64,000 nucleotides of DNA from Octopus vulgaris (Eukaryota), in contig OX597818.1 of assembly GCA_951406725.2 (NCBI GenBank), positions 121,954,001 through 122,018,000 on the forward strand, given 5' to 3'. How positions within the stretch are numbered: the stretch's first letter is position 1; each line of letters begins with the position of its first letter. Below, in pieces: positions 1 through 12,789 of the stretch. The notes beneath the pieces are model-generated. The model was not told the origin of the DNA, did not search any database, and was given only the letters and a program-made list of their open reading frames with translations. Position numbers and translations under genes: made by a program.

Positions 1-409
1 CCTTGCCCACGTTAGCGCAGTGGTAGAATTGTTACGGCGTTGTGGTACTTAATCCGATTCTTTCTTCTTCTGAGTTCGACTGCGACGATATACTACAATT
101 CTGTATCTGCTCTTATCTTCCCTTCGACAAGATCATCGATGCGGAATGAGGAAGACTTGCCACATAAGTAACTGAAGGTCTTCTATCAAAAGAAATTACG
201 ACATTGAAAGGAATTATATTTCTTTTTCTTTTTTTATCACGGTGTAAACCTGAATGAGATGAGAGCTTGAACCAAACGTGGCATTTGCACTCACAATAGC
301 TCATTGATTTTCCTTTGATTGAACACTAATCGAAGTTTGTTAAGAACAGGCTGATATAGAAGCGAGTATGAATCTGCAATATATCACACTGTTGACAACA
401 GAAGCGGTA

Positions 410-1040
410 ATAGTTCCACAACCACTACCACTACAGCTACTACCAACACCAGTAAAACTACAACCGCCACAATCAATGCAGTTATCACTCATTCAACCCC
501 CCCCCACACACACACACAACACCTCACCCCACCACACCTCACCTCACCTCCATCCTCTTCTTCCTTCTCGTCATCATCGTTGTCATTACTATCAACAGTA
601 TCTACGTTACCACCACCACCACTACCACCACCAGTACCAACAACACCACCATCACCGCCACTGCCTCCGCCGCCGCCGCCTCCTCGGCCGCCTCGGCCGC
701 TTCCGCCACCGCCGCCGCCTCCACCACCACCACCACCATTACCACCACACCACCACCATTACCACCACACCACCACCACCACCACCACTACCACCACCGC
801 CATTATTATTACCTTTACGCCATCACCAATATCGTCAACTCCAGCCTCGCTATCTTCACTGTCAATAATACCACCACCACCACCACCATCACCATCACCA
901 TCACCATTCTCCTTATCACGATCATCAGCAACAGCTTCAAACTCTACTACTACAACCATCACCACCATCACCGCCGACAACAACAGCAATAACAATAAAA
1001 ACAAGACTGACAACGATAAAAAAACAACAGCATCAACATC
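410..1040. repeat. Degenerate (CCA/CAC/CAT/CCG)n low-complexity array
   Basis: Continuous cryptic trinucleotide repeats; the Pro/His/Thr-rich ORFs here are by-products. Confidence 0.9.
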
Positions 1041-1352
1041 ACGAATATTTCGCTGTCAGGTGACGACTTGCGTAATTAAATCATAGAGTAATTAATAGAT
1101 CAGGTTTGTGTGTGGATGTGTGTGTGTGTGTGCTTGTGATGAGGGTACCAATGTGTGTGCCTATGTGAGAACAACTAACGATTCTTAAACACAGCAAGTA
1201 ACGAGAGGTATGGAATGAAATTAGCATCAGAATATATACTGGTAGATTTTTAATTCTTAATCAGGTTTAATGAATAGAAAATTAATATAAGCTACTATGC
1301 TATGACTAAATAAATAAATAAATATATATATAAATAAATATAAATAAATATA

Positions 1353-1393
<41 letters not shown>

Positions 1394-1397
<4 letters not shown>

Positions 1398-1580
1398 CAC
1401 CAGGACTTACAAACACATATAACATACAGAAAATTGCACTACTAGGCACTGCACACATCCTACGCAGAACACTTTCCATACAATAACTATCAGAGCATCT
1501 CAACAAATCACAGCACATACCCAAGGCACACAGAGCTGCGCTCGGTAGTGAAATGAAAGCACACTATAAAAATAAAACTA

Positions 1581-1585
<5 letters not shown>
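1394..1585 (+). mobile_element. 3' end of R4/Dong-type (RLE) non-LTR retrotransposon, strongly 5'-truncated, embedded in (AAT)n
   Basis: 1397-1486 translates to TPGLTNTYNIQKIALLGTAHILRRTLSIQ*, the IQKxxLLGTAHILR C-terminus typical of R4/Dong ORFs. About 100 nt of 3' UTR follows. (AAT)n lies on both sides (about 1355-1393 and 1585-1627). Confidence 0.8.
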
Positions 1586-1628
<43 letters not shown>

Positions 1629-2800
1629 GGTCTATTAAAGGTCTATTAAGGCAACGAACTCAACACCTGAACAACTCTGGACCCCTATAAAAACTGAAGA
1701 GATCCCCCCAGGTACTGCAAAAACTAAGCAACTGAAAGGTACCCGGGCACGATAAGGTCCCCAACATCTGGTTCAAATATCTGACAGGGACACACAAAAA
1801 GCTGTCTGAGAAATTTAATGACATACTAGCAGAGCCAGTGACAATGCCTGAATGGCCCACGGAAGGGAAAACTATCCTAATTCCCAAATCCACTGAAACG
1901 GCGAACCCACAAAATTACAGACCAATTACTTGTCTCCCTACAATTTATAAAACCTTTACTGCAATAATATTGCAGAGAATGAGTAAACATCTGGAAGAAA
2001 ACAATCTGTTTCCAGAAGAGCAGAAGGGATGCTGCAAGGGCTCATACGGCTGTAAAGATCAACTAATGATCAATAAAGCCATAACTGAAAACAGCTGCAG
2101 AAAGAAGAAAGGTCTAAGTATGGCCTGGATAGATTACCGAAAGACTTTTGATAGTATTCACCACGTATGGATCCTAGAAACACTAGCCACGAACAAGGTA
2201 GCGCCAATAATCATAAAATATATACAATACTCTATAAATAAATGGCAGACAGTGCTACAGCTCCAAACAAAAGCGGGATTCATAATAACCAAAGCCATCC
2301 CCATTAGAAGAGGAACATTCCAGAGAGACACAATCTCTCCACTCCTTTTCTGCTTGGCACTGATACCTTTATTTGACATGCTAAACAGAACTGGATGCGG
2401 ATACAACTGTTACAGCAAAACAATCAGCCACCTCTAATATATGGATGACCTAAAACTGTACGCTACAAATGATAAACAGCTGGAAACATTACTACAGACA
2501 GTACATGGATTTACCGAAGAAATAAATATGAAATTTGGATTAGAAAAATGTGCCAAAGCAACTTTGAAAAGTGGAAAGCTAGTTAAGAGTAATAACATCA
2601 CACTTGATAAAGCAAATGAAATAAGAGAATTAGACGAAAGCCAGACACTGATATTTAGGAATCAATGAACTAGATACGATACAACACACAAATGAAAGAG
2701 AAAATAAAAAAAAGAATACCGTAGACGAGTTAGATTAATACTGAAAACAGAGCTCAATATATAAAACGATAAGAAATATGAGCACTTTAGCCGTCCCAGT
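1629..2800 (+). pseudogene. Degenerate reverse transcriptase of an R4/Dong-type LINE
   Basis: Motifs KVPGHDK, GKTILIPK, NYRPITCLPTIYK, EEQKGC, WIDYRKTFDS, FQRDTISPLLF and ISHL*YMDDLKLYA, then MKFGLEKCA. In-frame stop at 2435-2437 and frameshifts on both sides. Begins directly after an (AAT)n tract. Confidence 0.9.
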
Positions 2801-2835
2801 TAATTGTATCGGTATGTCGATAGATTGATAGATAC

Positions 2836-4163
2836 CACTGGTCAACAAAAAATGATTTTGCATGCAAAATTCAAAAATAATATCAAATTATCTGTATCAC
2901 CCATAGTTTCTCTGTGTCACGACATCCCTCTCAATCCCTGTTACGCTGTTGAAATGTGAAGGTAACGGTTTACGAAATACTCCTAAATATTTATGAATAG
3001 AATTAACCGAACGAAATCATAAATCTAGCTATCTGAGTTAATGAGTCACCAAAGCTTGGCAACACCGAGTCGATGAGTCACCGATGCTTTATCAGTACTT
3101 TGCTTGAATTGGAGGCGTGTGGTTGTGTACTAAGTTCACATATTCCATTCATCTTCATAATGCCAAGAAACTGTATAAACATTGCAAACAATTTTTGTTA
3201 TGTTTGCAGTGACTTAACATTCAAGTCACAAATACGGCGTTGATTAAAAGCTGCTATGAGCATTATTTTGACTGCAAAGTGGGTGACCAGGATAAAAGCT
3301 GGGCCCTTCACATGTATTGTGTAACCTGTGTCAGGCTTCTCACTGCATAGGCCGAAGGTTCACGTCATATGCCTTTTGCCATCCCTATGATTTGGAGAGA
3401 GCATAACAGATTACTACTTCTGTATGATGAATATACAAGTTGTAACATCAAAATCCAAGCATACTGTACAATATCCTAATTTTCAATGTGCTATGAGATC
3501 AGTACTTCCCAGTCAACACTTACCTGTACCTAACCCTCCAAAACAAATGATACTTAGTGACAACGAGTCAAGTGATGAAGGTGTGGACAAAGGAACAGAA
3601 GTCATGGACTTTGAGCCTAACTGTTTTTCAAGTGAACCGCATTTGTTGAGTCAGGGAGATCTGAATGATTTTGCGCGGGATTTAAACTTGTCGAAAAGCA
3701 AGCTGAACTTCTTGGTTTCAGGTTAAAGGGCTGGAATCTTCTCCAGAAAGAAATAAAAGTTAATTTTTATCGTACTCGGCATTGTGATATTGCAATTTTT
3801 TTCTCACTCGAGGATGGTATAGTGTTTTGTAATGATGTATATTCTGTTATCGAGGATCTTAACCACAACTATTGCACGAATGAGTGCTGTTTGTTTACTG
3901 ACTCCTCAAAAGTGGTCTTGAAAGTAGTTTTACTCCATAATGGAAATATGCTTCCTTCTGTTCCTCTGGCCTATGCAGCTAACATGAAGGAAGCATATGA
4001 GAATATGAAGCTTCTGTTGCAAAATATTAAGTATGAGGAACATTAGTGGAATATTTGTGGTGACCTAAAGTTTGTGGCACTTTTACTTGGAATGCAGCTG
4101 GGTAAAACCAAGTTCTGTTGCTTTCTCTGTGAGTGGGACAATCGGGATAAGTAAAACTATTAT
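2836..4163 (+). mobile_element. Chapaev3-like (CMC superfamily) DNA transposon fossil, 5' part
   Basis: Starts CACTGGTCAACAAAAAATG (CAC terminus). From the ATG at 3160 the broken frames give [106 protein letters not shown]. Several stops and frameshifts; ends in (TACA)n. Family assigned from recalled motifs. Confidence 0.72.
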
Positions 4164-4164
4164 G

Positions 4165-4408
4165 TACATACATACATACATACATACATACATACATACA
4201 TACATACATACATACATACATACATACAGATATGCATACAAGTATACGTACACGCACCCACACGCACATATATACACGTAAGAAGGGTAATATAGATAAA
4301 TGGACGGTTAGGTAAATAGATAGAAACGGGAAGGTACACATATAGAAAATATGAGGTAATACGATAGAAATGAAAGATTTCTGAAGAAATACACATCACA
4401 TACGTACA

Positions 4409-4445
<37 letters not shown>

Positions 4446-4466
4446 ATATTGTATAGACGAATAAAA

Positions 4467-4534
<68 letters not shown>

Positions 4535-4555
4535 ATATTGTATAGACGAATAAAA

Positions 4556-4624
<69 letters not shown>

Positions 4625-4625
4625 C
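4165..4625. repeat. (TACA)n and (TA)n microsatellites with a duplicated ~27-bp spacer
   Basis: cctatattgtatagacgaataaaa(a)ga occurs at about 4443 and about 4532 between TA tracts. Confidence 0.85.
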
Positions 4626-5587
4626 ACACACGCACATACCCATTAATTAGAAACAATAAGTTGCGCAAGATCAATAACTAGAGAGGAGAGATAGATATGT
4701 GAATCGATTATTGATCTTCGACTCCCTTGATCTATCTATCCCTATTAACCAATTAATTACTAAATAAATCAATCAGCTAATCTATTTAGTACATATACGT
4801 ATGAATCTGTCTGTGTATATATGTGCGTATATTTGTGTGTATATGTATGTCTATGTATGGACGTGCGAGTGTGTCTATGCATATGTGTGTATGTATATGT
4901 GATTTATCTTGGGAGAGTTTAAGTCTTCACGAAACTGATGTTGGTCACCCACAAAGTCGAGGAGCACTTTTGACTGATCACAGAAAATTAGTTTGGTATT
5001 AGATTGTCGGACACGAGGACATGCATTATCTGTTCAAATCTATCGGATGTCGACCTGGCTACTCATTCCCGTTGGTATCGATAATTGAAGTACCAGTCAA
5101 TTTTCCTCTTTCTCTTTGAATTAATTACATTGCAGGGGCTAAAGAAAAATCATCTATTTCACATGTTCATTTGGAGCTGGTTTCAATTGCGGGCAAGCGG
5201 AGAAAATTTGAATATTCAGAGAATTTATCTTGGAAGCTATTTACTAATACCTTTGATTTTGTATATTGTTTAAATACGCCAGTAGCGAATTCGAGTTATC
5301 TCCGATTGCTCTGATTACATACATACATACATACATATATACATACATACATACATACATACATACATACATACATACATACATGCATGCATGCATGCAT
5401 GCATACATACATACATACATGCATGCATACATACATACATACATACATACATAAATGCATGCATGCATACATACATGCATACATAATACATACATGCATA
5501 CATACGTATATACATACATATAGAAACAAAAATAATCTGTTGTTGATATTGAAATTCCAATGAAGGAGCTTTGGATCTAGGTTGGAA

Positions 5588-5653
5588 ACTGGTCCTTTCT
5601 CTATTGACAAGAAATCTTGAAATAAACTGAATAATGACATACATACTTGTATG

Positions 5654-5717
<64 letters not shown>

Positions 5718-5721
5718 GGAG

Positions 5722-5783
<62 letters not shown>

Positions 5784-5843
5784 AGTATGTATGTCATTTA
5801 TTCAGTTTATTTCAAGATTTCTTGTCAATACAGAAAGGACCGG
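5588..5843. repeat. ~62-bp inverted repeat flanking a (TA)n core
   Basis: 5588-5650 (actggtcctttctctattgacaag...catacttgt) is the near-exact reverse complement of 5781-5843 (acaagtatg...gaaaggaccgg). Confidence 0.9.
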
Positions 5844-5861
5844 CTCTATATATTCTCAACC

Positions 5862-5905
5862 AAAACTGTCCGATGAACGGGAACGTGAAACTGAGTAACA
5901 GTTTT
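5862..5905 (+). ncRNA. Minimal type I hammerhead ribozyme (PLE/retrozyme-type)
   Basis: Stem I AAAACTGT (5862-69)/ACAGTTTT (5898-5905); core CCGATGA; stem II ACG-GGAA-CGT; GAAA; near-palindromic stem III ACT-G-AGT; GUA cleavage triplet ending at 5897. Confidence 0.8.
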
Positions 5906-6101
5906 TGTGATGTCTCTGCAACTTTTATTAATAAAGCATATTACTCTGCTTCCGGTATTCGAGTACTATTTGTTCCACCTTGTGCAGAGAGGAGGGTACA
6001 TCATTTTTCGTATACGACGCTCACACATCACACACACACATACATATTTACATATGAGTTTGTGTGTACATCTGTTTGTGTGTAGGGAATGTGTATGTAT
6101 G

Positions 6102-6158
<57 letters not shown>

Positions 6159-7016
6159 CACGCTCTAGACACACACATACACACGCACGCACTTCCTCAC
6201 TCACTCACTCACTCACTCACTCACTCACTCACTCACTCACTCACTCACCCACTCACTCACTCACACACACAGTACATGTCCTCTAAAGTCTAACTGAGAG
6301 TGTATATATGTGAATGCAAACTTGTGAATAGCGTGTTCGTACATAGATAAGTAAGTTGGTAATTAGATGTATAAATATTTAATAGGCAGTTGTGTAGCCG
6401 AAGTATCAGTAGACAGGTCGATAGGCAGCAGGTGAATGAATAAATAAATGCAAAGATAGACAAACAAACTGATGAATACGTAGATCATATATAAACAGAT
6501 AAACAAATGGATCGATATACTCAACCATATGGACACACACGCTTATATACGCACTCACCACACAAATATCATACACGGCAAATGTGAATCATTTTCATCG
6601 TAGATACATCGCTGGGAGATATGCTACTGTCGTTCTTTTGTCGAACGGAAACTCTCTTTGTAGACAGGTCGTGTTAAAAATACAATATATATCGGGACGA
6701 GACGGATATCTATCAACCAGTGACTCACGGGAACGTCAAATGCGTTTTGCCATTATTGTGGGGTTTGTCAATGATGTGTACTCTTTAGTCAGATGCCTAG
6801 ATGAAATCTGTCACATCTGATAAGGAGCAACCATTGAATAATACATGGGTATTGCAGAAAGCTTGCCGGAGTAAACTCGTTGTACGCATTATTTTATAAA
6901 CGCCATCTGAGTGATCAAAGTTAACGTATGTACACAACTAAGAGGCATGATGCCACGGTTTTAGTTTGAGAGAAAATTTCTTCTTAGACACGTTGTGTTA
7001 CAAACAATATTATATC

Positions 7017-7197
7017 TATTTCGTTACTACCCACAAGGGGCTAAACACAGAGAGGACAAACAAGGACAGACAAAGGGGTTAAGTCGATTATATCGACCCC
7101 AGTGCATAACTGGTACTTAATTTATCGACCCCGAAAGGATGAAAGGCAAAGTCGACCTTGGCGGAATTTGAACTCAGAACGTAGCGGCAGACGAAAT
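7017..7197 (-). mobile_element. SINE family A (Meta/Sauria-like central domain), 5'-truncated, with TSD
   Basis: Minus strand reads gagttcaaattccgcc..ggtcgactttgcctttcatcctttcggggtcgataaattaagtaccag. TSD aatattatatc at 7006-7016 and 7195-7205. Confidence 0.85.
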
Positions 7198-8235
7198 ATT
7201 ATATCGGAGCTAGACGGACACCATCCCTGTAGTGGCTCACGGGAAAACCGGACGCGTTTTACACTTCGCCGTTCTTGTGAGTCGCTGCTGGGAGGAAATT
7301 CATCTCGATCCAATATATATTGTGTTCTTAACAAAACGTGTCAATTAAAAGCTTTCTCTCGGACAACAGTTGCCGAATTGTGCCTGCCAATGATATTTTA
7401 CGTTGATCATAATATACCGATTGTTTATGATGTACTGCAGCATCAGTTGCATCCATTGAATATATATATAAATATGCGTGTGTGTATGTGTATGCATAGA
7501 CATACATATATGCATATACATATATGCATACATTTATATACATACATACACACACAGGTATACGCACTCACTCACACACATACGTGCACACACACACATA
7601 CACATACATACACACATGTACACATCCTAAAATCTAGAGAGAAATAGTGCAAAAAAAAAAAGAACAGGTAAGAAAGGACTATTTGTAGAAGAAAGAGAAG
7701 ACAAACGTCTGCAAATTACAAGAAGAATTCAAGATGAAAGAAGTTCAGCAGATTGATTGGTGAATTGAACTATTTTGATATTGACTACTGAAAGACTGTT
7801 AGACTCAGCATCTGCATAAAAAAAACAACAACAAGAGCAATAAATAAGTAAATAAATAATGGAAGTTTCTTTTATATCTAACAATTCAAAATTTACCAGA
7901 GTCCAACTGATAGAAATTGTTTCCATACAATGCAATAGGAAAGGATTGTCACTGATTTTTTTTTATGTTTCGACATGTTACATGGAAGATGGAGTTGCAA
8001 GCTAAGTACGGGCTTAGTGTTATTGACTTATTCCCACTACACAAAATTGTACCAAAAGTAGGAACAGTTATTACGGCAATCTTCAAAGCGGTGGAGTGAG
8101 TTAAGGGCAATGGCATGGCAGAATCGTTAGAGTGCCGGCGGGGTGGAGCTAAGGCTTTGTGGTATTTATTATGGCTCTTTATGTTCTCAGATCAAATTCC
8201 ATCAAAATCAGCTTAACCTTTCATCATAATTTGTG

Positions 8236-8742
8236 ACCCCCTTCGGTCATGAATGACCATGGGATTGCACCTAGAAAGTTACCCTCCGAGGCACAAGTCT
8301 GGGCAAGGTTGTTTATGGAAGACCAGCAGTCGCCACACATACCAGCCTCCTCTCTCCACGCCACCGATGTTATCCAAGGGAAAAGTAAAGGCCGATACAG
8401 CTTGGCACCTGTGACGTCGCAGCTCATTTATAAACGTGCAAGTGGTTGAGCACTCCACAGACACGTGTACCCTTAACGTAGTTCTCCGGGAGATTCAGCG
8501 TGACACAGAGTGTGACAAGGCTGGCCCTTTGAAATACAGGTCCAACATAAACTGGAAGAAAGAGTGAGAGAAAGTTGTGGTGAAAGAGTACAGCAGAGTT
8601 CACCACCACTCTCTGCCGGAGCCTCGACTGGCTTTAGGTGTTTTCGTTCAATAAACACTCACAATGGCCGGTCTGGGAATCGAGACCGCGATCCTACGAC
8701 CGCGAGTTCGCTGTCCTAACCACTGCGCCATTCCGCCGCCAC
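8236..8742 (-). mobile_element. Composite SINE: family D 5' part joined to family C 3' part
   Basis: 8430-8742 matches the reverse complement of 27788-28085, including the tRNA-like head. 8236-8428 matches the reverse complement of about 22255-22452. Confidence 0.85.
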
Positions 8743-10261
8743 ATAATTATTGGACACAAATATTACTGTTATATTCTAAGTTCATATCACGGTGATTGGA
8801 ATAGTCTTTAGAACATCAAATAGAATGGCTTTCATTATACACACTAGTTCTCTGCACTCTGAGTGCAAATTCTGCCGAAGCAGAGCTTAACTTTACTTCC
8901 CTTCGATGACAATGACAATAAATGATGTTATGACCATCCAGTCTTGATAAGTACATTAAGGGCTAAGTTATTGAATGTATATGAGCTCAAATTCAACTTT
9001 ATATTTCATCCCTTCGCGGTAGATAAATGACGCATCAAATCAAATACTAGGGTAGGGTAGTCAACTTGTCACCCCTGTCTATCACAGACTCGCCTACCGA
9101 AAAAAAAATAAAATAACGTGATAATGCCATTAATCGTTTCTCCGTCACACTGTGATCACGACAAGCAAGGAAGAATATAACGTCAAGAAATACTATACGT
9201 CAAGAAATATGAAAAGTAACTAAAGCAGGTTGTGTGTGTTCTAACATGGATAACATGTTTTCTTCTTCATAATGTATACGCAGGAAGACAGAGAGAGAAA
9301 GAGACAAATAAAAGAAGAGAGAGAGAGAGAGATAGAGAGAGGAAAAAAGGGGGAGATAAAGAGATACTTAGATTGATAGATAGATAGAGGGAACTACTTG
9401 CATGCACATACAAAAATAATTAATTTTTACTTTTTGCATATTATTGTTCCGCCATTTTGCCACCAAGCTTTCCTTAGCTTTGGTTGACATCAGGATTCTT
9501 AACCACTAATTATTTTCCATAAATTCTCATTTCCCATCCGCCTTCTTTTTATACGCCGTCACGATCATAACATTCTTCGTTCTTAGTCTCTTTTACACCA
9601 TCAGGATCTTTACTTTCAGGATTAAAACAGAAAAAGGAAACCAAGCAAATAACAACTACAACAGGCATTCACCCTTTCACCGTTTGAAAGTCAATTGTCA
9701 ATTTTCGATGGTAGCTTGTAAATCTTAAAGTTGGAGTTGCACAGCTATCGGTTTTGTATTTCTCTTTTCCATTTGCTTTATTTCTTGCCTTAACCACCGG
9801 GAAACGTGTAAGCTAAGAAACTATGATAAATATTCGGAAATATATTACAATTATAGTTTAATCGAATCTATTTAGAGTCATGCAAGACTTTATGCAAAGA
9901 CGTTGATATCAATCATTTCGGATTTCTTTCCCCATTGCGGTTTATCCCTTTCGACATATTCAATGCATAGTAGTTTTACTTCTTATCGGCCGAAATAATC
10001 GTCTGCATCTGTTGAAATTTTAAAGACGATAGGGAATTAGCTAAGGCAGATTTGGCAGCTGAAGCAGCAGTTCTAGCAAGTTTGTACAAGTTTCCGCGTT
10101 GCATCATTAATACTAATACTCACAGAGAAATACTTGACAACCATTAGTGAGGTGGCATTATAACCACTGATAAAATACTACGTGCGATAACATTGTTACT
10201 AGTGACATATGCACAGAGAATGGTAACAGGTAGCAATGAGATAACTTCGTCGTCATTACAG

Positions 10262-10292
<31 letters not shown>

Positions 10293-10372
10293 TGTATGTA
10301 TGTATGTATGTATGTATGTATATGTATATATGTATATATGTATACATATATATATATATATGTAGATGTATG

Positions 10373-10413
<41 letters not shown>

Positions 10414-10417
<4 letters not shown>

Positions 10418-10801
10418 TCTTTTACTCTTTTACTTGTTTCAGTCATTTGACTGCGGCCATGCTGGAGCACCGCCTTTAATCGAGCAACTCGACCCCGGGA
10501 CTTATTCTTTTTGTAAGCCCAGTACTTATTCTATCGGGCTCTTTTGCCGAACCGCTAAGTAACGGGGACATAAACACACCAGCATCGGTTGTCAAGCAAT
10601 GCTAGGAGGACAAACACAGACACACAAACACACATATATATATATATACATATATACGACAAGCTTCTTTCAGTTTCTGTCTACCAAATCCACCCACAAG
10701 GCATTGGTTGGCCCGAGGCTATAGCAGAAGACACTTGCCCAGATGCCACGCAGTGGGACTGAACCCAGAACCATGTGGTTGGTTAGCAAGCTACTTACCA
10801 C
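10414..10801 (-). mobile_element. SINE family B (tRNA head, CORE-like domain, internal CA/TA microsatellite)
   Basis: Nearly identical to 29348-29760. B-box GGTTCAGTCCC and CORE-like gggcaagtgtcttct..ctatagcctcggg on the minus strand; (gtaaaaga)-type tail. Confidence 0.9.
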
Positions 10802-10875
10802 GTGTGTGTATATATATATGTATATACACATATAGATAGAAATGTTAACAGTGTGTGAAAGTGACATTGCTGCTG

Positions 10876-10916
<41 letters not shown>

Positions 10917-11159
10917 GCCACTGCTGCTGCTGCTGCTGCTACTGGTGCGGTTACTAATGCATATATGTAAGGAAATGAAATACTATATTGTGTTAACATA
11001 AGTAATGCTATGCATTGTGGTATTACATATGGTAAACTACATATTAAACGAAAGCAAAGAACAGTAGCTAACTTGTCATGAGCGAGTGGAAAATTCAACA
11101 TTCCGAATGTTTTTCCTCTACTAAGGTAACTGTACTATTGATATAGAAATAATTCTTCT

Positions 11160-11197
11160 TCTTTCTGATGAATTGCCAAACGTCCGAAACGTCAGAT
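11160..11197 (+). ncRNA. Degenerate hammerhead-like motif
   Basis: CTGATGA (11165-71), 14 nt, then GAAACGTC (11186-93). Stems I and II are poorly paired. Confidence 0.45.
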
Positions 11198-11659
11198 GTT
11201 TTTACTCTTCACTAAAAACTCACGGTTATTTATTTACGGACATTTATCGAGTAATTTTTGAAGAGGTAAACCATCATCATGTCACAGGCTTCTTTGGGTT
11301 CTGGATCTTATCTTAACTCCACCTGTATAGTCGGCGTTTATGAGCCTCTAGGGCGATATCTAATTGGATAGCTAGATCATTTGTAATTAATCAATACTTG
11401 GAAAATATCAAGTGGCTTTTGGCAAGTTTCGGTGGATATCTACTGTTTATTATTGGATCATAACCACTCTGCTGGCTATGGAAAATCAACAAGGACACAA
11501 GGAGTTTGTATCTAACCGATTTTTATTTGGCAAATAGCTTTCATGTAATAAAAGTTTAAGAACCTGGTTGAATGAGAATGAACACGAAAAAGAAAGAAAT
11601 AGATTGAGAAATATATATAATGGAGATAAAAGGGAAGAAGGATATTTGTGTGTGTGTGA

Positions 11660-11695
<36 letters not shown>

Positions 11696-12729
11696 TAGAG
11701 AGAAAGAGAAAGAGAGAAAGTTAAAGGAAAAAGCTGACGTTGTAGAAGAATGGTTGAAAGATGAGAGATATAAAGAGACAAAGACAGAGTATAAGAAAAA
11801 GAGATAGAGGTTGAGAGAAAGAATGAAAGAGAGACAGGGAGAAAGAGAGAAAACGAAAAATAAAGAAAGAAATGAAGAAAGAGAGAGAGAGAAAAGAGTT
11901 TATGACTTTGGGACCATTCCACTTCTTTGTTTCACACATTTTGTCTTTTGGTTTTGTGGTTTTTTTCCTCTCCAGAAACAAAAACAAACCAACAAAAAAA
12001 ATTTGCCAATGACATAGAAAGATAAAACAAGAACAAGAACGAGTTAAATTTAATTATCAATAAGTACGAGTAATTTAATTAATTACTGCAATACAAGGTG
12101 TGTTCGCATCAAAAGAAACGCCATCGTCATCATCATCGTCGTCATCGTCGTCATCATCATCATCATCATCATCATAATCATCGCACCACCATCATCAAAA
12201 TCATCAGGTGATAGAATCGTTAAAGCGTTGAGGAAAAATTGCTTTAAAGTATTTTATTAGTTCGGAATCTTTAAGGTCTGAGTTCAAATCCTGCCGAGCT
12301 CATCTTCGCGTTTTATCCTTCCGAGGCCAGCGGCATGAAGCCCCCACTCGTTTAATGAAGGTACTTTAATTAAATACCCCTGTCAGTATTTCTCACCTTG
12401 CACTTATGCTAGAAATAATTATATATATTCTTCCTCTGGGGATCAGTACAATTAAAGAGCCAATTATGGACTGGAGTTGATGCAAACGAATCACTGGCTT
12501 TATACCAAAACTTGAAACCTATTTAATAGCAGTAAGCTGGCAGATCCATTAGTGCGTCGGGAAAAAATGCTTTGCACTATTTCTTCTTATATTTTACATT
12601 CTGAATTCAGATACCACCAAGGTCAATCAGCTGTGCCTTTCATCCATTCGGAGGTCGATAAAACAAATGACCAGTAGTCATAAGTAGTCGACTTACCCTC
12701 AAAATTGCTTACGTTGTGCCTATATTAGA

Positions 12730-12789
<60 letters not shown>

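Noticed and set aside
368-1086. Pro/His/Thr-rich ORFs resembling extensin, formin or mucin
   Set aside because: Explained by trinucleotide low complexity; similar ORFs appear in several frames and on both strands, with no domain or splice support.
4410-4620. Repeat-spacer pattern reminiscent of CRISPR
   Set aside because: Eukaryotic TA slippage duplication or assembly artefact: identical spacers and no cas genes.
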